64,000 nt of DNA from a phage. A program made the translations under genes and the position numbers. The stretch lies in the NCBI GenBank assembly GCA_036252695.1, contig GCA_036252695.1_4122.1, one strand, 5' to 3'. The notes under the pieces are model-generated. The model was not told where the DNA came from and did no database searches. It saw only the letters and a list, made by a program, of their open reading frames with translations. Below, one piece after another: positions 18,559 through 29,280 of this stretch (position 1 is the stretch's first letter; every line of letters begins with the position of its first letter).

Positions 18559-19713
18559 TTAACTCGGTGTAACTATTTTTTTAAATAATCCTGTATTTCC
18601 GGCATTTTCTTCTTCATACGGAATTGTACCCATACCAGCAGTTCTACCACCATTCCCTGAACCATATAATTCACCGTTTTTTAACATGAATGTTATCATA
18701 TAACCATGTGTCATTTTATCATATGGAACTGGTTCAGTTATATTAGTACATGCACGCCATGTTTTAATAACATTAGAGTTCGTTATTCCATCTCCAGAAG
18801 CGTTTCCACGCCCAGCGAAATACCATATACCACCTGCTCTAACGTGTGCTTCAAAATTAGAACCACCTATGTAATCAATAGCAGTACTAGGAATACTAGA
18901 AGCTGGTATCTTTGTGATTGTTCTAAGACTGTTAATAGTGCCATCAGTGCCATCACCCAACTGTCCATCTATTTGTGAACCGAATACATATAGCCCATCA
19001 CTCTTTAATACGTAATTAGCACTATATGCATTTTCCGAATTTATCTGTAATACTCCAGTAGTAACAGTAGTCAATGTGGGAGTTGTACTAGTCGTACCAG
19101 TCGAACCAATACTAGATTTATTCCCACTGTACTTTAATGTTCCATCATTGTATAATACAAATGAAGCATTATTCGCGGTTACACCAATATCTTTAACATT
19201 AACTTCTGGTGTCAATGTCAGTACTGATACTCTTTGACCAACAGCCCCAGTAAAAACTTCACCGTTGTTATTGTCACCCATCTTATATAATTTATTATCT
19301 ATTGTTAATAATAATGTAACGCCGCTTCCTATAACTATTTTACTATATGTGTCATTCACATCATTAAAAATACCAAGTATTTCTGTCCATACACGATAAG
19401 TAGTATTAACACCACGATAGATTTGAGTACCAGTACTCCACCATGTGCCATCATTTTTACGTACTAATATTCCTTGTGTATCACCAGTAGTCCAAAATTC
19501 CTTTACATCAGTTAAACATAAAACCCACTCTTCAACTATAGTAGGAGAACTACTACCAGTACCTAATTGATAGTAAAAATTATGCCCTCTGCCATATAAC
19601 CTTCCGTCTTCTAATAAAATAAACACATTATTCTGTAAAACTTTTACCATCTTTATACCAACTGGCACAGGTGCTTCATTCCCATAATCAAACATTCTAA
19701 CAAAAGGTAACAT
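18559..19713 (-). CDS. Fam-P beta-propeller paralog, N-term MLPFVRMFDYGN
   Basis: Start at conserved MLPF Met; track extension is translated promoter region. Confidence 0.85.
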   Translation of the reverse strand: MLPFVRMFDYGNEAPVPVGIKMVKVLQNNVFILLEDGRLYGRGHNFYYQLGTGSSSPTIVEEWVLCLTDVKEFWTTGDTQGILVRKNDGTWWSTGTQIYRGVNTTYRVWTEILGIFNDVNDTYSKIVIGSGVTLLLTIDNKLYKMGDNNNGEVFTGAVGQRVSVLTLTPEVNVKDIGVTANNASFVLYNDGTLKYSGNKSSIGSTGTTSTTPTLTTVTTGVLQINSENAYSANYVLKSDGLYVFGSQIDGQLGDGTDGTINSLRTITKIPASSIPSTAIDYIGGSNFEAHVRAGGIWYFAGRGNASGDGITNSNVIKTWRACTNITEPVPYDKMTHGYMITFMLKNGELYGSGNGGRTAGMGTIPYEEENAGNTGLFKKIVTPS

Positions 19714-19788
19714 ATATTTTCCTCCTTTATTCATTATACTATATTTAACACAAAAAGAAAAGCCAGTATCAAGTACTGGCATATTAAC

Positions 19789-20937
19789 TTACTGCAAAAA
19801 TGACATATCGACTGCGGTATATTGGGCAGTGTACTGACCAGAACTTCCACCCATTACTAGATTCGAAAAACCAGTATAAAATAACTTACCTTCATCTGTT
19901 AGAATCAAAGTGCCGATGTTGTTCAGTACTAAACTGTAAGAACTATTAAAATTTGCATAGGACTGGGTATAATAGAACTGATTTGTAAGATTACCAACAC
20001 CCAATTGTCCTCCATTGTTAACCCCAGTTGCAAATATTGTAGTACCAAATCTGAGAATATGTGAAGCCATATTGCCGACGCAACAATGTACCTTCTGAAC
20101 ATCCGAATTCAATAAAGTAGCTGTTTTGTATTGTTTAAGTGTTGTACCAGTACCAAATTCATTACCATACGATGTACCATACTGTGTACCACAACCGTAC
20201 AATTTATTATTAGTTTTAATAAAAAACGTACTCTGATAACTTACATCTACATCTATAACATCTGGTGCTACTCTCACAACTCCAGAAGGCGAAGTTTGAT
20301 TATCTTTCCCTAACTGGTAGTAAGAGTTTGCACCACATCCCCATAATGTATTATCTTCTTTCAGGTATATATTACCAACTGCTTTTTTTACAGATGATAT
20401 GGTTTCAATCTTAACAAAGGTGTTATATGAATTTGTATTTGTACCATTACCAAAAGATGATCTGGATGATGTGTTATTTAATCCACAGCAATATAAAGTA
20501 CCATCTGTTGTTATCAAATTCACTTTAAGATCACTATAACTACTCATGTATTTTATATCAGAAACATTAATACCACTTGATGTTATCCACGTAGTACAGT
20601 CCGTCCATAACGTCTTTCTATCAGTTACACCAGTGAATGCCTTCGTGTTACCAGTGATAAAAACTTTTCCAGTACCGTCTTCTTCATATAATTGACAATC
20701 ACTACTGTTATTTTCCAAAAGAACTCTTTTAACATTCACCGCACTAAGAATAAATTTACTCGACGAACCACCTGTTCCAGTACCATGACTTACCGGTGAC
20801 GATGCATACAATTTTTTAGTGTGTGTATCATGAAAATACATAGCACTACCACCGGAATATATTTTATAACGTGTACTAGGAACAGGTGGAATAGGTGCTT
20901 CATTCCCATAATCAAACAATCTAACAAAAGGTAACAT
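19789..20937 (-). CDS. Fam-P beta-propeller paralog, N-term MLPFVRLFDYGN
   Basis: 382-aa ORF; close paralog of 26990..28138 (long identical stretches). Confidence 0.85.
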   Translation of the reverse strand: MLPFVRLFDYGNEAPIPPVPSTRYKIYSGGSAMYFHDTHTKKLYASSPVSHGTGTGGSSSKFILSAVNVKRVLLENNSSDCQLYEEDGTGKVFITGNTKAFTGVTDRKTLWTDCTTWITSSGINVSDIKYMSSYSDLKVNLITTDGTLYCCGLNNTSSRSSFGNGTNTNSYNTFVKIETISSVKKAVGNIYLKEDNTLWGCGANSYYQLGKDNQTSPSGVVRVAPDVIDVDVSYQSTFFIKTNNKLYGCGTQYGTSYGNEFGTGTTLKQYKTATLLNSDVQKVHCCVGNMASHILRFGTTIFATGVNNGGQLGVGNLTNQFYYTQSYANFNSSYSLVLNNIGTLILTDEGKLFYTGFSNLVMGGSSGQYTAQYTAVDMSFLQ

Positions 20938-21008
20938 AATTCCCTCCTTTATTCATTATACTATATTTAATACAATAAGAAAAGCCAGTACAGAGTACTG
21001 GCATTATG

Positions 21009-22118
21009 TTATTTTGGTAAATCAATTTTAGTAAAGACTGCAACATCCTCGCTTGCCCCTGGGATGGCGTAATAAGAACCAGTACTATATACATCTCCGT
21101 CTTTTGTTAATATTGAAGTTAAACCATCACTAAAAACAATGTCTTTAATCGAACTCAACGGAACTTTCAAATCCAAATTAACTGCTGTATTTTCCACACC
21201 TCTCTGGTCGCCACCTACTCCTAAACCACGAACCCCACCTACACCTTTCTGGTAGGATGGAGTTATTATCATCATAGCAGCAGAGCTAGAATTCATTGTA
21301 TTAGTCATGTATAAAGGAGCAATATTAGGTAGAGTCGCATCAGGAATACCCGTCATTAATTGTACAGTAGAACCATAGAAATTAGGGGCATATCCACAGG
21401 TATTATAACGCGTACCATTGTAATACATTATATTAGTACCACCTACCGTAGCATCAATAACCCCACTCGCTCTAGCCGCCCATGTATTAACCTGAACTCG
21501 GTTGTTTGTTCCATGTTGACCATTATCATTCCAGCCAGAACTATATAACCTATTATCAGTACTAATATATATGCTATCATTTCCCGTTGTCATTACTTTA
21601 CGTACGTTAGTAGCACATTGAGTTAATGTATAAATCGATGATGAACCAATACCTAATGCACCACGGTATCCATTATATCCTGCACCATATAGTACTGAAC
21701 TAGAACTAAGTACAAATATTACACCATTTGAACATACAATATTAGCAATTTCACTTACTGGTATTGCATTTGTGAACCAACTGGTTCTATCAACTAATGT
21801 AGTACTGTAAGAAGTAGTTGTAGAAGATGTGAACCAGTACGTTTGACCTGATGTCCATATCGTATTATCATTTTTAATAATAACAAGTGCACGATCACCC
21901 ACGAAAAAATTAGAAACATCTGCACTTACTAATATCCATGAAGATACCGTGTTGGTATTACCATTTCCAGATTCACCACCTTGATTTCTACCTATGTAAT
22001 ATAAATCATGTGAATCTGTCAATAAGAATTGACCCTGTGTAGAAGCACCAACTTTAATTATATTTTTAGGACCAGGTGCAACATTCCCATACTCCAACAT
22101 CCTTACAAAAGGTAACAT
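21009..22118 (-). CDS. Fam-P beta-propeller paralog, N-term MLPFVRMLEYGN
   Basis: 369-aa ORF with conserved N-terminus. Confidence 0.85.
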   Translation of the reverse strand: MLPFVRMLEYGNVAPGPKNIIKVGASTQGQFLLTDSHDLYYIGRNQGGESGNGNTNTVSSWILVSADVSNFFVGDRALVIIKNDNTIWTSGQTYWFTSSTTTSYSTTLVDRTSWFTNAIPVSEIANIVCSNGVIFVLSSSSVLYGAGYNGYRGALGIGSSSIYTLTQCATNVRKVMTTGNDSIYISTDNRLYSSGWNDNGQHGTNNRVQVNTWAARASGVIDATVGGTNIMYYNGTRYNTCGYAPNFYGSTVQLMTGIPDATLPNIAPLYMTNTMNSSSAAMMIITPSYQKGVGGVRGLGVGGDQRGVENTAVNLDLKVPLSSIKDIVFSDGLTSILTKDGDVYSTGSYYAIPGASEDVAVFTKIDLPK

Positions 22119-22128
22119 ATTTCTCTCC

Positions 22129-23259
22129 TTAATTTAATAATGCCCCTGGCAAATCCACTTTGACGAATTGTGCATATGCTGAGGAATTTTGATCAAAGTT
22201 TGGTCCCAATCCATAAAATGAGCTAATGCCGTCTTCATTTGTGTATATGATATAAACGTTCTTTACATCATTTCCGCATATAAATCGAATGTCTTTCGTT
22301 TGTGTTCCCGCTGGAACATTACGAAGGTTCACAACGCCATTACTTGCATTGTTATCAGCCGACGCAATTGGTAATTGATTTTGACCATATTGACCACGCA
22401 TATTTTTTGCATCTAAACCAAACACAGTATCTGATACTGCACCAACTTTCAAAAATGAACCAAAACTATTATTGAATGACTTTGGAAATGTACCACTATA
22501 AACACTTCTCCCATCTGATAATACCGCTGAACTGAATTTCCCGCTATTCGATATGGCAAATTCATTGTAAGGAAGTGTACCCATTTTGGTATATACAGAA
22601 TATGAATTAGTGGAAGTATTATCAATAATCTTATTACCATTATATCCAATACCATACTGGTATCCGTCTGCATCTTGAACTATACACAAAGGACCACTTG
22701 GGGTTTGTGTCAACGAAACAACACGTTCAACTTGTATATCACCAAATGTATTTCTTCGCCATGTTCTATCTATTATAGTACTAGTATTACCCAAAGATAA
22801 TGCCACACTATATAATAGATTGTTTTCAGTAAAAATGGCAACATAATATGCGTGGTTAATAACTTGCTTCATCCCAGCATCAATAACTTCCTGTGGAATA
22901 TGATCAGTAACATCCAACCAATCAAGGTTAGATGATGCAATATCTGGAGTACTGAATTTGTCAAATCTAGTTGAGCCACAAACTAGCACTCTATCATCAT
23001 TTGTCAAAGCCACTGTGCTAGTCTGCATATTAGAACTGAATGATTTAACATTACTAATGTTAGACTTGTACCAACCCTTATCAGCAGCACCCACCGTGAA
23101 TCCGGTTCCCATTGATCCACTTGTACTTGTACCATAAGCCCACATCTCACCACTATATGTTAGTGCCATACAGTGGCTTCCATTTGCTTGGAAATCCTTT
23201 ATACCAGTGGGAGCAACCACTGTATTCCCATAATCAAACATTCTAACAAAAGGTAACAT
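22129..23259 (-). CDS. Fam-P paralog, N-term MLPFVRMFDYGN
   Basis: Start at MLPF Met; 10-nt coupled gap to downstream 21009..22118. Confidence 0.8.
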   Translation of the reverse strand: MLPFVRMFDYGNTVVAPTGIKDFQANGSHCMALTYSGEMWAYGTSTSGSMGTGFTVGAADKGWYKSNISNVKSFSSNMQTSTVALTNDDRVLVCGSTRFDKFSTPDIASSNLDWLDVTDHIPQEVIDAGMKQVINHAYYVAIFTENNLLYSVALSLGNTSTIIDRTWRRNTFGDIQVERVVSLTQTPSGPLCIVQDADGYQYGIGYNGNKIIDNTSTNSYSVYTKMGTLPYNEFAISNSGKFSSAVLSDGRSVYSGTFPKSFNNSFGSFLKVGAVSDTVFGLDAKNMRGQYGQNQLPIASADNNASNGVVNLRNVPAGTQTKDIRFICGNDVKNVYIIYTNEDGISSFYGLGPNFDQNSSAYAQFVKVDLPGALLN

Positions 23260-23334
23260 AACTAAAATCTCCATATAATAATTATAATGTATTTACAAAA
23301 AAATACCAGTACGTATTTCAGTACTGGTATAATG

Positions 23335-24507
23335 TTATGGTAAAATAATAGCTTGTAACGAACTCATACCCAATGTTGGGACACTCGCCTGTGGTGCTGG
23401 TGAATTCACTTTTGGTGATGAAACCGCATAAGTCATTCCTGTACCCAAATCTGGATCAAAAACTACAGCACAATAATTCCCACTATATATAAGTCCATTC
23501 TTGTATCCTTGTGCACTTTGAATGCATTTCGTGAACGTACCAATATCTGTAGTGGCATTTATTAAGTTCCTCCCACGATAACCGCAGGTGTATATGAAAT
23601 TATCATCGCCTATGTACATACTAGAATCCCCAGAAGAACTACATAGATACGACATATAAGCACGCATGTTTTTAGGAGCAACTGACAATGTACCTGCATA
23701 GAATTTATTATTCGAACCCGTAATATCACCATCACCCAATGCACCAAAACTTCCCCAGCCAGTACCGTAATATCTCTTATCACTCAAAAATATAATACAG
23801 TTGTTATTACACATCTTGATTTGATATATCAATGAAGGATCAACCCCAGGGAATGATTCAGTGAATGTTAGAACAGCCGGATCAGTACTAGCATTGCATT
23901 GATGATATGTATTAGTACCAGCGGACAAGATTGTACCATTAGCTAACAGAATTCTCGCAGTGCCAGTACCAACAGTACAAGCAACTGCACTTCCTGTGTA
24001 TATTTGTCTGAAAGTAAAGAAACCAACAGTCTTACTCCCTTGTCCACTCCAACCAGTATTATCAACACCACACGCCCATACTGAACCATCTTCCATGATC
24101 ATCATTACACCAAAGCGTTCTATTGAAATATAAACAATCTTTTTAGTATCAACTGCACGAAATCTAGAAGTTATATCCGTCCAAACCTTTACACTTACCG
24201 AAGTCGCACTGGAAGTAGGATCTTCACCTGCTATCATTATCCTACCATTGTTAGTCAGATACATTGTCTGACTATAACCAGTACTACAAAACTTAACACT
24301 ATCAGTCTCTGGAACTTTTAACCACTCGTTGTAACGTGTTACGTTAGTGTTATTACCTAACTGATAATAGTTATTCATCCCAGATACATATAACACACCA
24401 TCCTTTATTAAACTATAAGTCGCACTATAGTCACTACAGGTATAACGTGTACCCACAGGTCGCTCAACGACGTTCCCATAATCAAACATTCTAACAAAAG
24501 GTAACAT
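23335..24507 (-). CDS. Fam-P paralog, N-term MLPFVRMFDYGN
   Basis: 390-aa ORF; variant upstream module. Confidence 0.8.
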   Translation of the reverse strand: MLPFVRMFDYGNVVERPVGTRYTCSDYSATYSLIKDGVLYVSGMNNYYQLGNNTNVTRYNEWLKVPETDSVKFCSTGYSQTMYLTNNGRIMIAGEDPTSSATSVSVKVWTDITSRFRAVDTKKIVYISIERFGVMMIMEDGSVWACGVDNTGWSGQGSKTVGFFTFRQIYTGSAVACTVGTGTARILLANGTILSAGTNTYHQCNASTDPAVLTFTESFPGVDPSLIYQIKMCNNNCIIFLSDKRYYGTGWGSFGALGDGDITGSNNKFYAGTLSVAPKNMRAYMSYLCSSSGDSSMYIGDDNFIYTCGYRGRNLINATTDIGTFTKCIQSAQGYKNGLIYSGNYCAVVFDPDLGTGMTYAVSSPKVNSPAPQASVPTLGMSSLQAIILP

Positions 24508-24516
24508 TATTTTCTC

Positions 24517-25710
24517 CTATGATTGCCATAACTGCGTTGGCATTAATGTTAATGTTTTAATAGCATAAGTACCATCTGGTAAGTTACCACCTGCACCATT
24601 ATATCCTCCACACGCATATAATTTATAATCTTTAGTTATAATTATTGTTCTGGACCAGTCTTTGGATGCCATAAGAACATTGTCATATCCACCCTGTATC
24701 GCACTTAAGGAAAACGCCCTCCACGAAGTAATTACTGTTGTATTTCCCGTCCCTTCTTGACCATATGTATTGACGCCTGCACTCCTGACATATGATGGGT
24801 ATTGAGCCATAGGTGCACCAATTGTTATGTTACCCATATTACTAGGACACAGGAAACCATTACTAATATTCACTATAACCTGTGAATTCTGAACTGTAGT
24901 TAATTGGTTTGTAGTTGAAGTAGTACCATTCCCAGCTTGTCCAGAATTGTTTCTACCACTCCAGTACACCCTACCGGCAGTGAACCACCAGGTAACATCA
25001 TAAGTAGCACTTATATAATCGACGTTGGTTCGTATTAATTTATTAGTAAAAACGTATGAGCTAGTCCCACCACCACTTTCACCAAAGTTATCCTTACCAC
25101 AAAACCATGCTTCTTTATTTGTTTTGAGATAGTGCGTACCCTGTAATGAACACGCCAATTGAGAAACTTCACCCATACCAGTAACAACTGTTAGTACTGG
25201 TATGGAATTTCGGTTACCTGTTCCACATTCGGCATTTGCATTTTTACCACAAACAACTACTCTTCCATCGTGTAGTAATATTCTAGTACTTTCCCCTATA
25301 TGTACACTCTTGATTAAATTAGCGTGTACATTTATTTTGTCAAATGCGGCAGTAACATCAGTCCATGTTCTAAAATAACCATTAACTGGAGTTGCATCTC
25401 CATAATCGGGGAATGCTACTGGATTCCCTGTGAAATATATTCTATTATCCAAGTCAATCATCAATGATCCATGAACGCCTAACCAAAAGGCTGCACAGTG
25501 CGTTGCCAGTACTGTAAAAGTTGAAACTGCCGATTGATTCCCTAGACCTAATTGGCTCAAGTTATTACCACCATAACCGTATAGTGTATTCGTGGGCTGA
25601 TGTAGATACATACAGTTTGTGTAATGTTGTTGTAGAACTTCAGAGAACTCCACTGGACTTGGCCCAGGTGCAATATTCCCATACTTAACCATTCGTGCAA
25701 AAGGTAACAT
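24517..25710 (-). CDS. Fam-P beta-propeller paralog (RCC1-like), N-term MLPFARMVKYGN
   Basis: Close paralog of 12752..13939; 9-nt coupled gap to 23335..24507. Confidence 0.85.
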   Translation of the reverse strand: MLPFARMVKYGNIAPGPSPVEFSEVLQQHYTNCMYLHQPTNTLYGYGGNNLSQLGLGNQSAVSTFTVLATHCAAFWLGVHGSLMIDLDNRIYFTGNPVAFPDYGDATPVNGYFRTWTDVTAAFDKINVHANLIKSVHIGESTRILLHDGRVVVCGKNANAECGTGNRNSIPVLTVVTGMGEVSQLACSLQGTHYLKTNKEAWFCGKDNFGESGGGTSSYVFTNKLIRTNVDYISATYDVTWWFTAGRVYWSGRNNSGQAGNGTTSTTNQLTTVQNSQVIVNISNGFLCPSNMGNITIGAPMAQYPSYVRSAGVNTYGQEGTGNTTVITSWRAFSLSAIQGGYDNVLMASKDWSRTIIITKDYKLYACGGYNGAGGNLPDGTYAIKTLTLMPTQLWQS

Positions 25711-25780
25711 ATTTCCTCCTTTATCCATTATACTATATTTAATACAAAAAGAAATGCCAGTATCAAGTACTGGCCTGTAT

Positions 25781-26917
25781 TTAAATTATTGTTGGTAATG
25801 GTAATGGTATAAATTCATCACTCGATGGCAAACCATATAACGTAGTTGCATTTCCAGAATAATACCATCCCGTTGAATCTTGCACTATAGATAGATAGGC
25901 TAACGATGCCGCCTTTGTTATATCATTAAACCCGTGTGGTACTTCTTTAAATGTAGATGAATATTCAACACCAGGGTCACCAGAAGATAGTGTAGTGTTA
26001 GTACCAGCATAATATAAAGTATTGCCATCTGTGCTTATAGCAAAAGAAAGAACAGAGTTATTCATATCACTCCACAAATCCCTAAACCTGCCTCTATATC
26101 CGGTTAATTCTGTATACGAATATACGTTTGTGGTATTTGAAGAAGAATTACCTAGTTGATAATTTCTATTTTGACCTGCTATAACATATCTAGTGCTACC
26201 ATTAGTATCATAATATAATATACCAGAGTTTAATGTTGACATACCAACTGCACATTCGGATGCAAATTCGGGAGCAGAGTACAAATTATAAGAAGTTAAA
26301 TTTGTGCTAGTACCCAATGCTCCAGTATTGCTTATACCACAGCGGTAGTAACCACCAGTAGTACTAGAATATATAGTACCAGGTAGAGAAGTGTAGAATT
26401 TTGAAACATTTGACGCAACTAATACAGCATTAACTTTGCTTGTTGAACCACCAAATGTTTGGTTATTATCATATCCTTTAGCATATAATCTATTATCATT
26501 TGTAAGTAATCCTACACAATAATAAGTCATTTTCATTTCACGTACTGTGCTTAGATTCACTGCACTAAATTGTGTCGTAACATCTTTCCATGTAACAACT
26601 TTAGAACTTGTCGAACCACCAGATTCAAACCATTCATCACCACAGTAGAAAATTTTATTATCTACAGTTAATACAACGCATACTAAATTACTAGCACAAG
26701 CAAACTTAACATCATCTCTAACTTTAGTCCACTCGGTTACATTCACTATAGTATCAGTTCCTATACCTAATTTGCCATACGCATTATTACCACGCACCCA
26801 TAATTCATTATCCTCGGTTATTAGTAATAATGAATTAGTACCTGCAACAATATCACGAACTTTTAGTTTTTCTGGTGCTACGTTCCCATAATTTAACATT
26901 CTAACAAAAGGTAACAT
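25781..26917 (-). CDS. Fam-P beta-propeller paralog, N-term MLPFVRMLNYGN
   Basis: Start at MLPF Met with aaggagg SD. Confidence 0.85.
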   Translation of the reverse strand: MLPFVRMLNYGNVAPEKLKVRDIVAGTNSLLLITEDNELWVRGNNAYGKLGIGTDTIVNVTEWTKVRDDVKFACASNLVCVVLTVDNKIFYCGDEWFESGGSTSSKVVTWKDVTTQFSAVNLSTVREMKMTYYCVGLLTNDNRLYAKGYDNNQTFGGSTSKVNAVLVASNVSKFYTSLPGTIYSSTTGGYYRCGISNTGALGTSTNLTSYNLYSAPEFASECAVGMSTLNSGILYYDTNGSTRYVIAGQNRNYQLGNSSSNTTNVYSYTELTGYRGRFRDLWSDMNNSVLSFAISTDGNTLYYAGTNTTLSSGDPGVEYSSTFKEVPHGFNDITKAASLAYLSIVQDSTGWYYSGNATTLYGLPSSDEFIPLPLPTII

Positions 26918-26989
26918 ATTCCCTCCTTTATTCATTATACTTTATTTAATACAAATAAGAATGCCTGTATCGAGTACTGGCATATTAAT

Positions 26990-28138
26990 TCATTGTATAA
27001 ATGACATATCTACTTCTGTATAATTAAGAACGTTCTGTCCAGAAATACCACCCATTACTACTATTGCAAGGCCACAATAATATAATTTTCCAGTATCCGT
27101 AAGTATAAGTGATCCAGATGGACTGCGTACCAAATCACACGAACTATTAAAAGAAGTATAAGAAGGAGTATAGGAGTACTGATTATTATTATTACCAACA
27201 CCTAATTGCCCAAACCCATTCGTTCCAGAAGCATATAGAACTTCATCTGCTTTGACAATATGTGATGCCATGTTACCAACACAAGTATATAGAGTATAAA
27301 CTCCTGAACTCAATAATGTCGGAGTTTTATATTGTATATCTGTAGATGTAGAAGTACCACCTGTACCAAATTCGTTCCCATATTGTGCACCGAACTGTTT
27401 ACCACAAGCGTACAAATTATTATCCGATTTGATAAAAAATGTACTCTGATAACTTACATTAAAATCTATAACATCCGAAGAAATCATCGTCACCCCAGTA
27501 ATAGAAGTTTGATTACCCGTGCCCAACTGATAGTAATAGTTAAAACCACAACCCCATAAAGTATTATCTTCTTTTAGGTATATGTTACCAACTGCCTTTT
27601 TAACCGAAGTTATAGTATCTATCCTTTTGAATGTGTTAAAAGAATTAATGTTTGTACCATCACCAAATGATGATAGGTTCGAGTTATTGTTCGCTCCACA
27701 ACAATACAATGTACCATCGTTTGTTATCAAATTTACCTTCATATCATAAAAACTACTCATGTACTTTATATCAGAAACATTAATACCACCTGATGTTATC
27801 CACGTGGTACAGTCCGTCCACAAAGTTTTTCTATCAGTTACACCAGTGAATGCCTTCGTGTTACCAGTGATAAAAACTTTTCCAGTACCTTTCTCTTCAT
27901 ACAATTGACAATCACTACTGTTATCTTCCAATAGAACTCGTTTAACATTCTCCGCACAAAGAATAAATTTACTCGATGCTACACCTGTACCAGTACCCCA
28001 ATTCGTCGCAGAAGATGCATACAACTTATCAGTATAAGTATCATGAAGATACATAGAATCACTGGAATATATTTTAAAACGCCCTTCTTTCTCAGGTATA
28101 ATATTCCCATAATCAAACATTCTAACAAAAGGTAACAT
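26990..28138 (-). CDS. Fam-P beta-propeller paralog, N-term MLPFVRMFDYGN
   Basis: First (most upstream) gene of the minus-strand array; paralog of 19789..20937. Confidence 0.85.
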   Translation of the reverse strand: MLPFVRMFDYGNIIPEKEGRFKIYSSDSMYLHDTYTDKLYASSATNWGTGTGVASSKFILCAENVKRVLLEDNSSDCQLYEEKGTGKVFITGNTKAFTGVTDRKTLWTDCTTWITSGGINVSDIKYMSSFYDMKVNLITNDGTLYCCGANNNSNLSSFGDGTNINSFNTFKRIDTITSVKKAVGNIYLKEDNTLWGCGFNYYYQLGTGNQTSITGVTMISSDVIDFNVSYQSTFFIKSDNNLYACGKQFGAQYGNEFGTGGTSTSTDIQYKTPTLLSSGVYTLYTCVGNMASHIVKADEVLYASGTNGFGQLGVGNNNNQYSYTPSYTSFNSSCDLVRSPSGSLILTDTGKLYYCGLAIVVMGGISGQNVLNYTEVDMSFIQ

Positions 28139-28186
28139 ATTCCCTCCTTTATTCATTATATCATATTTACCCCAAAAAGAAAACCC

Positions 28187-28215
28187 TTGACAACCTTCCA
28201 GTACTGTTGTACAAT
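28187..28215 (+). promoter_or_regulatory. sigma70-type promoter for the plus-strand small-gene array
   Basis: TTGACA (28187..28192), 17-nt spacer, TACAAT (28210..28215), then SD aaggag and ATG 28241. Confidence 0.6.
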
Positions 28216-28240
28216 AGAAGGAATATAAGGAGAACTACAC

Positions 28241-28468
28241 ATGACAAATACTCTTAAGTACTACCTCAATACTCTAAATGAACTAGAGTACGCGAAGTTT
28301 CTCGCGGATAGTTCGTGGCTAATTGAGCTAAAAACACATAACAGTACTGGATGTAACCTTATGCTGAACAATGCACTTGATACCCTTGTAGTGAGCATTT
28401 TACACAACAACATCTGCGGGGATAGAAACAAACAATTATCAAAAATCTTAGTACTGGTAGCTCTATGA
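28241..28468 (+). CDS. EYY-family A small protein
   Basis: 75-aa ORF with SD; first of tandem array. Confidence 0.55.
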   Translation: MTNTLKYYLNTLNELEYAKFLADSSWLIELKTHNSTGCNLMLNNALDTLVVSILHNNICGDRNKQLSKILVLVAL

Positions 28469-28677
28469 ACACTATGAACATTGAACAGTACTACATTGAT
28501 GCACTACCAACAAAAGGTCTACGAGAAAGCCTACTGTATACACAAAATAATTATATAAACCTCAAACATTGTCCTAAACTCTTGAACTCGTACAGGAATA
28601 ATAAAATAAGAAATGCTGTACAAGGGGTAGAAAGTATGCAATACTATTACATCCTAACCCTTTTAATCGAGCACTAA
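28465..28677 (+). CDS. EYY-family A small protein
   Basis: N-term MNTMNIEQYYIDALP; ATGA-coupled. Confidence 0.6.
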   Translation: MNTMNIEQYYIDALPTKGLRESLLYTQNNYINLKHCPKLLNSYRNNKIRNAVQGVESMQYYYILTLLIEH

Positions 28678-28678
28678 T

Positions 28679-28864
28679 ATGTATAAAGAATTCTACTGTA
28701 GTAAGCTGCACAAACAATACAGAGATTCATTTCCCAATGAACCTATGGATATGAATAGTCCCTTTTATAAATTTGACTTCAGACTGGAGACACGTTATGC
28801 AATAGAACATCAATTTCCTGAAACTAAGTACTTATCTATCATGAACCTCATCTTTAAGTTCTAA
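28679..28864 (+). CDS. EYY-family A small protein
   Basis: N-term MYKEFY; tandem. Confidence 0.55.
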   Translation: MYKEFYCSKLHKQYRDSFPNEPMDMNSPFYKFDFRLETRYAIEHQFPETKYLSIMNLIFKF

Positions 28865-28875
28865 AAGAGTACTAT

Positions 28876-29088
28876 ATGAAAACAATGAACATACACCAGT
28901 ACTACTTAGATATTCTCCCTAAAGATGTACAGTTCATCCTTAAACAAGAATACAGTACTTTAAAAAACCTTAAAAGAACCGCACCGAATGCATTAATCCT
29001 GCACCAAAAAAATGTAGTTGATAATATTCTACAAGGTGTACCAGGGACCGAGTACTTTAACATAATAAGGCTAATTACATTACCATGA
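28876..29088 (+). CDS. EYY-family A small protein
   Basis: N-term MKTMNIHQYYLDILP, paralog of 28465. Confidence 0.6.
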   Translation: MKTMNIHQYYLDILPKDVQFILKQEYSTLKNLKRTAPNALILHQKNVVDNILQGVPGTEYFNIIRLITLP

Positions 29089-29270
29089 ATCATATATTAT
29101 ACTATTACCAAAATCTATCCGACAGGGACAAGTACACCCACAACTCCAATGTATGGTACTACAAACGCGGTAGTATAAGAGACAAACAACATTACTTCTG
29201 TATTGCTATAAAAGAAGCACTAACAACTAAGTACACGTACAGAGCAGTACTGAAACTTATTGATATGTAA
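29085..29270 (+). CDS. EYY-family A small protein
   Basis: C-term YTYRAVLKLIDM; coupled. Confidence 0.55.
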   Translation: MNHILYYYQNLSDRDKYTHNSNVWYYKRGSIRDKQHYFCIAIKEALTTKYTYRAVLKLIDM

Positions 29271-29280
29271 AGAGAATACT

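Noticed and set aside
9477-18572. Plus-strand ORFs 9477..9740 and 18345..18572 spanning Fam-P intergenic modules
   Set aside because: They are translations of the conserved promoter/terminator cassette and overlap minus-strand genes.
7424-27559. Short antisense or alternate-frame ORFs inside Fam-P genes (e.g. 7424..7657, 8122..8340, 8928..9158, 9313..9621, 9880..10083, 13488..13670, 15312..15620, 15605..15859, 17697..17948, 17964..18335, 18706..18978, 20131..20313, 21360..21548, 22449..22673, 27332..27559, also 5802..5987)
   Set aside because: Entirely nested within long, well-supported propeller genes on the other strand or frame; no SD or promoter of their own.
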